DNA from: the human T2T-CHM13v2.0 reference genome, Homo sapiens
Assembly: GCF_009914755.1 (NCBI RefSeq)
Contig: NC_060942.1
Reading direction: 5' to 3' (one strand)
Length of the DNA stretch: 64,000 nucleotides
Part shown: positions 51,828 through 64,000 of the stretch, piece after piece
Layout: each line of letters begins with the position of its first letter
How positions within the stretch are numbered: position 1 is the first letter of the stretch
The notes under the pieces: generated by a model
Seen by the model: only the letters and a program-made list of their open reading frames with translations
What the model was told of the DNA's origin: nothing
Databases searched by the model: none
Made by a program: the position numbers and the translations under genes

Positions 51828-53657
51828 AATGTTATATATAATATATAACTGATATATGTAACTTAGCAATTAATATATATATGTATGTATTTAAATGTGA
51901 ATATAAATATTTCTGGGACTTGTGTTTACTAGGCTTTAGGAATAGACCTGATTTGTTTTTAATGATTTGGCTAAAAGCGTATCTTTTTTATATGCTTTCT
52001 TATATCTCCATATTTTGGAGAAACAGATCACTTAAAGTAATTAAACTGCCATTAAACATTGGAAGGAGTTCTTATGTAACTTACTGCTGTGAAATTCCCT
52101 TTTGAAATCAGTTTTTTAATAACTTCCCTTATTTCTTCTGTAATGTTAATATATATTTACTTATATCCATTTTAGTTTTATATTATAGTTTTCCATTTCT
52201 AGTTATTACTTTCCAAACATATAACTTAATACTAGTTTCAGATCTGTAAAAATGTGATATTATTTTATTAGACTAATTTGTGTTTTCTTAATTTTATGAT
52301 TAAGCTTTTGGATTATCATATTGGTTTTGAGAGAGAGAGATTGATTTTTTTAATCAACTCATTTTAAAATTTCCATCGTTTCTAGTTTCCCTTAACTTAG
52401 CTTGTTTTACAGTTTTTCTTAATAGTTTATCATAACACATTTGTTGTATTAGAATAGTTGGATATTTGTGTTCTGGGATTAGGGATTTGATCACATTCAG
52501 GGTGTTTAGGGAGCCTGAAGGTTTTATTAAATGTTCATTGTGATGTGTCTTAATTATCTGATTATGATTATGATTCATCTTACATCCTTTAATAACCTGT
52601 GTGGAAGGCCTACTCTGAGTCTGTGGCCCTTGTCCTCCGCCTGGCAGAAGCTCAGGGTTTAGGGCTCACCCCTGGAGGCCACTGTTGGGATGAATCCTGG
52701 CCCCTCCACTCTGGCCGAGTGACCTTGGCCCTTCACCTCTTTAAGCCTTGCTTCCCTCCTCAGTGAGATGGGGATCCCAGTGGTATCTTGGCCCAGTTTA
52801 GCTGTTAGGATTCAGTGAGGCAACCCAGGAGGCGTGTGCAGCACAAGGCTTGGAGTGAGTGCCCAGTCGTTGGCTGTAATGACAGTGGCACTGCAGTGTG
52901 ACTCTTCTTAGGGTTGTGGCCAGAGTGGAGGGCATTTATTGACATAGGGCTTCCGAGCTTCAGTTTTTAGTGTGTGGCATTGTAGAGAGAACATTGGACT
53001 AGAAGTCTGTGGATCTGGTTTCTAGCTTTGGCTCTGCCATAAACAGTAAAAATTATTTCCTAATGGTTGCTTTCACGTCAGGCAGTTTGAAAGAGGTGGG
53101 AGACCTCAAGCCAGTGGACCTTCTCTGGTGTTCTTTTTATTCACCAGGAATGTTAGAGGGTTGGAATAAGTCAGGGTTTTCTGAAGCACCAGCCCAGTCT
53201 CACTGATTTGATGGCCTGTTAGTACATGTCCCATGAAAAGAGGTTCTGTGTTGGGTTAATTGGGATATCCTGGGACTTCTCCCAGGCTTTAGTTTTGCAC
53301 TGTGATTCTCCAAGGGGAAGATAAGAATATGCAGGCATGCTATGTTTAACCAGCTTATTTGACCAGGAAAATTCCTATTTATACTGTAGCCTGTGAGACT
53401 GGAAGCGTTCGGTAGAACATACTTTGGGAAGCAGTAGGCTAGATAATTTGTGAGATCTCTTCCAACTTTCAAATGTTATGATTCTGTGAATATACTAAAA
53501 ACCACTTAATTTTATACTTGAAAAGGATGAATTTTCTGGTTTGTGAATTAGATCTCAATAAAGCTGGTAATAAAATCTTCAAAACTAACTACCTGGGATT
53601 ATTTCTGCTTTTTACAACTTGGCTTTAATTTTTCATAAAAAAAAAAAAAAAAAAACT

Positions 53658-54108
<451 letters not shown>

Positions 54109-55068
54109 CTAGTGTATTCTGTATTTCTATGATTTTTGTTTTTCTGAGTTAATTCTTTGTGTTATCTTCTTCGCTGTTATTTTTAATTCTTTGATAACAT
54201 CTTAACATAAGCACATTTCTTTTAAACTTACTGCTGTGTTTCACATACATTTTCCCCATCATTTTAAAAGGCATTTTGGTGTAGTGGAGAGAGCACTAGG
54301 CTCATCTCAAAATGGGGTCTTCAACTTACTGGCCCAGCCCAGCTTTCTGAGCCTGTACCCTCATCTGTAAAAAAGAAGGCAGTACCTCCCACTAGGAGAA
54401 GACGTCAGCCTTCAATAATGCAGCCTGGGAAGGGTAAAGCACTAAGCACAGGGTTAGTTTATCAAGTGCTCTTTTCCTATCTAGACAGAATCGTGTCTGA
54501 ATTGTAAATCCCACTACGAAGCACTTTCCGTCACAAATGTCAGAATCCTGCCATGACTGTTGAGAGACCAAGGAAGTTTTGTAATTGGTGCATTATTCAT
54601 TTCCTCTACCATTAGTGGTGGATTCAGTTGCATAACTCACTTTTCAAGGTGATTGCTATTCATTCACGTGGAGATGCTGAAAACATAACTACTCTATCCA
54701 TTATGTGTACATAATCAAGTATTTATTGGCTATGATGTGAAAGGTCTTCTGAGGATGAAACTTCCCTGCCCACAAGAAACATGGAATTCGGTTATGAAGA
54801 AAGCAGTGTGCATACACAAAAAAGCAAGAAAAAGAAAGCGCCAAGTGAATGGGTGGTTGCTGTGGGTGGAGACGACTGGAGAGGTGGGGACCGTCTTTAG
54901 GATGAGGAGGCTGTGGGGCGGGGAGGTCCACATTGCTGGCTCTGGAGTCAGACTGAGCAGGTTCCCGTTTTGGGCTCCACCTCAAAGGCTATGTGGCCTT
55001 CAGTGAGGCCTGGAGGTTGTACACCTGGCCCACGAGGAAGGTTTGCCATCTTACCAGGCACAGGGTTA

Positions 55069-55455
<387 letters not shown>

Positions 55456-56089
55456 TTACTTAGCCTCTCCTTGCTCCACATCAGAATGTTAATTTCCAAC
55501 TGCCTCATTCTGTCTAAGTCATATTCATTTGAGAATGTGGCGAAGTACAAAAGTATGTCAAGGTACAGATAAACGTCTTGCATTCCAGAAATATATACTA
55601 TTTACATTTGCTCAATACCTGAGTATTATTGACTATAATTATCAGTTGGAGATCTGTGTCTTCTAAATAGTCATTCACAGTAGGCACTGGAGGTGGTCTT
55701 ATGTCAGAAATTTATACAGATCCTGAAAGGACAAATGGAGATGTGCAGAACATCCTTGTGGTTTGAAAATCTGTGTGTAATTCACTAATCTGCAATTGGT
55801 CTGCATAGCCAGCAGTAACAAACAGCACACGTGTGGTCTGGTTCTTGGGAACTCACTGAACTCCCCTACCTTGTCTCTTATAGGGCATATATTTCAAGGT
55901 CAGCGTCAGCTTTTATCTGCTATATGTATCTCTTTCACATGTGATGTTGTTCACATTGGAGAGTCACTTTCTTATACTATATGGAGTTTTATTAATGAAT
56001 TAGGAATTTCAGAGGCCACTTCTTTCTGCCCTTCCCACCCACCCCTCCTCCTGCCCCAGTCCCAGCCAACACTGTTTTTCTCCTGGATG

Positions 56090-57005
<916 letters not shown>

Positions 57006-57015
57006 GGGAGCAGGG

Positions 57016-57019
<4 letters not shown>

Positions 57020-57058
<39 letters not shown>

Positions 57059-57079
57059 CTGTGCATGTGTGTGTGTGTG
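57020..57079. repeat. (TG)n microsatellite
   Basis: Read directly from the sequence. Confidence 0.95.
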
Positions 57080-58087
57080 ATGAATGAATACAAAGTACAG
57101 TCTCTTGTTCTTTTCCTCTCAGTTGTGCTGTGATGTAGCTCCTGGACTTTTGTCAGAATGGGAGCAGCCATATTTATGGCATGTGGAAACAGTTCCCTAA
57201 TTATGCAAAATTTATGAATTCCACATCCCCAGTAGTATTAAAAGCTCCATCTCCCCCATCAAGGACTTTCTAAACGTAACTCTAAAACCAAAACATATTA
57301 AGAAAAAGATTGATAAAATTGATCAAAAGATTGATAGAATTTACATAAAAATAAACTTCTGTATTGTAAAAATATCATAAGCAAAGTTCAAAAAAAGAAA
57401 AAAAAAACCCTGGATGTTAACCTACTAAATGTTAGCATCTTTAGTATAGAAAGAGTTCTTTCAAAATTAGGACATAATGGAAGGATAAATAAATAAAAGC
57501 ACAGAAAAAGAAAAATGCCAAAACACCTAAGCTGGGAAGTCAGGAAATAAGATATACACATGGCCAATAACATGTGAACCTTGCAAAAATCCAGGAAATG
57601 CAAATTAAAACAACATGGAAGAATGATTGGCTAATACTGAAAACATTCAGTGTGAATAAAAGATACAGGGAAATTGACCCTTTACAAACTGTTGGTACAT
57701 ATGGATAGTTGATAAAATCTTTATGGCTGATCATCGGGTATTTATACAAATTACTGTTATAATTTGCCAACCTAAGAGGGAAATAAATGTATTATATAGG
57801 CATGCATATATGAAATACATATGTGCACACACACACACATGCCTGCACATACACATACATGCACACACACACTTGCAGGCAGGCACCACACTGGCCCACC
57901 TTCGTCACCTGTGAGAACTCCAGTGGTGGCTTCTGAGTGGGGTGTGGGGAGCACTGTGACTTGCCTCACTTGAGTCAGGTGCTCACCCTTGCCCTTACAC
58001 CAGAGAAAGACACTTCCATGCCACCACATGGGTGATGTTGGACAGAGGTGAATGGATCCCCAAAGAAGGGACACCCCTGACCGTTGG

Positions 58088-58533
58088 TGTCTTCGTTTCC
58101 CACGGCTGCCATAACAAAGTATCACAAACTGGGGACTTAAACAACAAAAATGTATTGTCCCCCAGCTCTGGGCTAGATGTCCAAAATTAGAGTCAGCAGA
58201 ATTGGTTCCTCTGAGGGCCGTGAGGGAGAGCCTGTTCCATTCCTCTCTCCTGGCTTCTGCGGCTTGCTGGCAAGCTTTGCCATGTCCTGGCCTATGGAAG
58301 TGTCACCCCCATCTCTGTCTCCGCCTCCGCATGGTGTTCTCTCTTTGAGCTGGCCTCCGCATCTGCATTCTCCCTCTTTATGAGGGAGTCAGGACCCACC
58401 CTACTCCAGTGTGACCTGGTCTAAACCTAGCTCATCACATCTTCAACAACCCTTATTTCCAAATAAGGTCACATTCTGATGTAGGGGTTAGGACTTTAAC
58501 ATGAATTTGGAGGGACACAATTCAATCCATAAT
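58088..58533 (-). mobile_element. MLT1 (B/C-like) MaLR solo LTR
   Basis: ggctgccataacaaagtatcacaaactgg...ccttatttccaaataaggtcacattctga...gggacacaattcaatccata. Confidence 0.82.
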
Positions 58534-59021
58534 GGTTGACATCCAGTGCCAATTAGTGTCTCCCCACAGGCAACTGGGCGTTTCTCTCCCTTTTTATGCA
58601 GATGCCATTGGTGCCCTAGCTGCCTCCAAGTGCACCACCTACACGTTCTTCCAGAGGTCTCAGAACAAAGATTCTCACACCAAATTAAAATGGGCTGGAA
58701 TCACAGAGTTTAGTGAATTGATGTAAATCGCTCAGTGGAAAGAGAAAGAATCAGTTAGCACTCTCAGGGGAGGCTGCAGGCGGGGTGGGTGGGAGGACTG
58801 TGCGACCTGGGTGCTGGGGTGTGTGATGTGCAGTGTCCTCCCTTCCTCTGCACATCCCTCTTCCTCACTGACGTGGTTAGGAGGACTGGCGTTGTGTTGG
58901 AGAGAGGGGGCCTGCAGGTGGAGGGTATCCTGGGCTGGGGCACATAATTTATCAGAGACCCATGGGGATGAGGGGATGAGTACACCTGGCCATAGTGCAG
59001 CAGACTGATGGACAGCCATGG

Positions 59022-59512
<491 letters not shown>

Positions 59513-59717
59513 TAAGTACTCATGTATATTTAGTGTTGTTTGTATGTTTAATCTCATGTCTAGTTAGCTCCCAAATACCTCATGAATATTAGATATCTCT
59601 TAGGCCTTTCATCCTTCTCTAACACACACACACACACACACACGCACGCATGTGCACTCTACTTTCTGAGTGCTGCTTTTATTCTAAATACAGCTCATGA
59701 ATTTTGCCTATTCTAAC

Positions 59718-60089
59718 TGATATGTTCTGGCTGTGTCCCCACCCAAATTTCCTCTTGAATTTTGGTTCCCATAGTCCCCATGTGTCATGGGAGGGGCCAG
59801 GTGGAGATAATTGAATCACGGGGGCAGTTTCCCTCATCCTGTTCTCGTGATAGTGAGTGAGTTCTCACGAGATCTGATGGTTTTATAAGGGGCTTCTCCC
59901 CTCCTTTGCTCTGCACTTCTCTTGCCTGCCACCGTGTTAAGATGTTCCTTTGCTCCTCCTTCGCCTTCTGCCATGATTGCAAGGCCTCCCCAGCCATGTG
60001 GAACTGTGAGTCCATTAAACTTCTCTTTTTCGATAAATTATCCAGTCTCAGATATTTATTTATAAGCAGTATGAAAATAGACTAATACA
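59718..60089 (+). mobile_element. THE1 (MaLR) solo LTR, complete
   Basis: tgatatg..tggctgtgtccccacccaaat...gactaataca with perfect 5-bp TSD ctaac. Confidence 0.93.
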
Positions 60090-60098
60090 CTAACAAAC

Positions 60099-60305
60099 TT
60101 TTGTTTTTGAGACAGGGTCTCCCTCTGCCACCCAGGCGGGAGTGCAGTGGTACAAAATCACAGCTCATTGCAGCCTCGACCTCCCGGCTCAAGCAATCCT
60201 CCCACCACAGCCTCCCAAGTAGGGGGGGGGGGGTACAGGCATGTGCCACCAAGCCCACCTAATTTTTTGTGTTTTTGTAGAGATGGGGTTTCACCATGTT
60301 GCTCA
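60099..60305 (-). mobile_element. Truncated Alu (J/FRAM-like)
   Basis: Antisense Alu right arm containing a G run. Confidence 0.85.
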
Positions 60306-60705
60306 GACTCTAACAGGCTTTTTACTTACTAGTTGCTTAAAACATCTTAAAATAGAATGTGCTTATGTTTTACAAACTGCGAACTTAGTTATCTAACAGA
60401 TTTGAACATTCTCAAAGGCAAATGCACATCAAAGCTATAGAATTAGGGAACAAGGGACTATTGTGTTCTGTGATTTGTCCCTGCAGCAGTCACCTCTTGT
60501 CCGATGTTTAACCCAACAGATTGAAGTGACACCAACATTATTTTCACGCCAGCAGACAGGGCTCTGAACTGAAACCTTTGTGCATGTGAGCTTTTTGTCA
60601 CTTAATGTTAAATATGATTTGGAGGTGGCACAAAAGGAAACTGCTCACTTGGGAAGCAGAATCTTATGTTACAGATTCGGGGAGGGCTGGAACTTGACAT
60701 CCCTT

Positions 60706-60800
60706 TGGCAATATAGTCTGGGCCAAATCCCCAAAAGAACTCGGCCTTGTTTCCATTTCTACTCTTTTCGCAACTCTAGACATGGAAACTTTTGCTGGGT
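60706..60800 (+). repeat. ~95-bp direct repeat, copy 2
   Basis: Matches 59333-59427. Confidence 0.95.
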
Positions 60801-61391
60801 AGCTGAGTTCAGCAAGTCCTCTCAGTTAGGTATTGCTGGTGAGCATTTTTCAATAGAACAATAAGGAATATTAGTAGACCCCAGGCTTCATGTGTTGACT
60901 GCGACAATCATTCAGACTTTTTTGTATCTTCATATTTATATGTTGAGATCTTTATATAGGGCTTTAAAAGTACATTAGTATGGAAATATCAAGAATAGCT
61001 TGAATTTTTTAATTGTGTGGAAAATGTCACCTGTAGTTAGTTGCTCCATCCCTTTATAGTACATGGTTTATTTCTTTTTGTCCCTTCTCTTGCCACAGAA
61101 CACGCATGTGTTTGTTTGGATATTAGGCAAGAGTACATTCTTGTGTATTTATGATAGAATCTTAAACAGATCTTAATTATGCCTGTTAGATAAAATCTGG
61201 AATTTCTCCTGGTGAGTCTGAAACAATTGGTAGGAAACTTAATTGCCATTTACTGTGAGTATATGTTCAGAATGTTGGAAAACAATATTGTGGATTATTT
61301 CCCACCACTATTAACAGGTGACACTTATTTTTAAAGACAAGGTACCTTTCCTAAGAGTATTATACTTAAATGAAATTTATTTCAACATCCC

Positions 61392-61680
61392 AGCTGGGTG
61401 CTGTGGCTCATGCCTGTAATCCCCGTACTTTGGGAGGCCAACACAGGAGGACTGCCTGAGGCCAGGAGTTTGAGAACAGCCTGAGAAACATAGCAAGACT
61501 CCCGTCTCTACAAAAAAAAAAAAAAAAAAAAAGTTAAAAAATTAGCCAGATTGGTGGTGTGCACCTATAGTCCCAACTACTCAGGAGGCTGAGGTGGGAG
61601 GATTGCTTGAGCCCAGAAGTTCAAGGCATTCCAGCCTGGGTGACAGAGCAAGACCCTGTTTCAAATAATAATAATAACAA
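61392..61680 (+). mobile_element. Alu (J-like) with expanded middle A tract
   Basis: Alu consensus; ttcaacatccc is repeated on both flanks. Confidence 0.9.
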
Positions 61681-62052
61681 TAATTAAACTTAAACATTAA
61701 AAAAAAATTCAACATCCCCTGAGAATATAAACAAAGCAAATTATTTCCTAGGTTCAAACTTGTGTTGATTATAAAGTTGGCCTAGAATTGGGTAGTATTG
61801 TCTAAAGTCTAATATTCTTTGTTACACTGTGTGGCCATTAAGAAAAAAATTTAAATTATGGCGATTTAAACATTTAATTATTCAGTTGAAACGCATGGCT
61901 TTAAAAAGTGAACTAGTTATTTATATAGTTCAGAGCACAGGAAATATGAAAATATTTGCAGCTGGTTCTGCAAGTCTGGCATTATCCTGATAACCAGAGT
62001 AAAGCACTAAATGAAAAATGATTGATCATGCATTCCCAATATAGAAATTCTA

Positions 62053-62352
<300 letters not shown>

Positions 62353-62369
62353 CCACGAAATTTTAAATA

Positions 62370-63020
62370 AATATTAGCAAATTAAATCCAACATTATAAT
62401 TTTAAAATGCTATATTATGACCTAGTAGGACTTATTCCAAAAAGGCAGCCACGGTTCAGCCTCAGGTAATATGTTCCTGTTATTCCCTGCATTAAGGAAA
62501 TCATTGATAAAACCATACAGTCCTGTCAATGGTATTTAATAAAATGTACTACTCAATCCAGATTAAAAAGAAAACTGTTAGTAAGCTATACATGGGAAGG
62601 ACATTTCTTATTTAGTAAAAAACGGCATCTACTTGTAGCAAGCCCTGTTTAATGGTGAAACCATATTTAATGGTGGCCTCATTAAAGACAGCAATGCAGT
62701 GTGCTGTTATAAGTATTTTAACTGGTGCTCCTAGCCAATTAACAAACAAATTTGTTGTAAAAGAAGAGACAGTACTGTCACTTGCAAATTATTTTAATGC
62801 CTCCATGGAAAATCCAAGGAAATTAAATATATATATATGAGAGAGAACTCCTAAGAGGATGATATTGTGACATACACAAAATCAACTTGCCAAAATCCAG
62901 AGTTTTCCCACATACCGGCAACACTCACTTAGAGAATAAAATGGAGCAACCTCTTACAGTTGCTAGAAGAACTAAAAAATACCTAGGAATATACCTACAA
63001 GAGGGCAGGCTGGAATAACT
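62370..63020 (+). mobile_element. Ancient L1M ORF2 fragment
   Basis: aaattaaatccaaca...atgacctagtaggacttattcca...aaaatacctaggaata. Confidence 0.6.
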
Positions 63021-63301
63021 GGAAAAATATGCTCCATCTTTCATAACAATGCCATGGCTGCCGATTATGCTGGTGTGAATTTGTCAATAAACATGCCCTA
63101 CTTAATTTGGCAAAGGTTTGCGCTTTGTGTTCTTCATGGCTTTTGCTGGAAGCAGATAAAGCTAGCCAATATTGTTTCTCATTTTACTAGTGAAGAAACT
63201 GAGGCTTGGTTTTTGTGACACAGTGTGTCCAGGTATAGTTAATGAGACAAAAGCCTAGATGGCACTAAGTCAGTCCTGGCCTAGTGGCTTTTTTATTTTA
63301 A

Positions 63302-63578
<277 letters not shown>

Positions 63579-63622
63579 CTCTGTGAGAGTTTTTATGATG
63601 ACAAATTAAGATATCCATCATG

Positions 63623-63914
63623 GGCTGGGCACAGTGGCTCACACCTGTAATCCCAGCACTTTGTGAGGCTGAGGTGGGTGGCTCACGAGGTCAGGAGTTC
63701 GAGACCAGCCTGGTCAATATGGTGAAACCTCATCTGTACTAAAAATATAAAAATTAGCCAGGCGCAGTGGCACATGCCTGTAGTCCCAGCTACTTAGGAG
63801 GCTGAGGCAGGAGAATCGCTTGAACCCAGGAGGCAGAGGTTGCATTGAGCCGAGATCACGCCACTGACTCCAGCCTGGGTGACAGAGCGAGACTCTGTCT
63901 AAAAAAAAAAAAAA
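63623..63914 (+). mobile_element. Alu (S-like), head-to-head with the previous Alu
   Basis: Alu consensus. Confidence 0.94.
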
Positions 63915-63945
63915 GATCATTTTTTCTTTTAAATTTTTTTGGTGA

Positions 63946-64000
63946 GACTGGGCATGGTGGCTTATGCTTATAATCCCGGGACTTTGGGAAGCCGAGGTGG
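63946..64000 (+). mobile_element. Alu 5' end, cut by the window edge
   Basis: gactgggcatggtggcttatgcttataatccc. Confidence 0.85.

Noticed and set aside
57020-57079. TDP-43-repressed cryptic exon beside the (TG)n
   Set aside because: I could not find a convincing acceptor/donor pair next to the repeat by eye.

Overview
Primate (almost certainly human) genomic DNA from inside the TTC39C gene (tetratricopeptide repeat domain 39C, recalled as 18q11.2), transcribed on the + strand. Five internal coding exons (numbered 2-6 from my recollection of the gene model) lie at 16441-16489, 18313-18441, 21458-21572, 32899-33253 and 35227-35395. They have GT-AG boundaries and join in one open frame. The rest is intron, with about 35 Alus, L1/L2/MIR fragments, MaLR/ERVL solo LTRs, near-full-length Tigger1 and Hsmar2 fossils, a MER1B and a MER85 piggyBac MITE. 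Nearly all ORFs in the supplied track are repeat-derived noise. The best leads are: (1) exons 2-4 are bracketed by inverted Alus, and back-splicing them gives a 293-nt circle filled entirely by a 97-codon ORF whose stop overlaps its own start (TAATG); (2) the exon 2 acceptor is a CFTR-like (TG)8-T7-AACAG; (3) four short direct duplications copied from 0.9-2.6 kb away, most with junction signatures of templated repair; (4) a MER85 with an intact CSB-PGBD3 palindrome. These are testable hypotheses, not a demonstrated new system. Repeat boundaries and subfamily names were judged by eye and are approximate.
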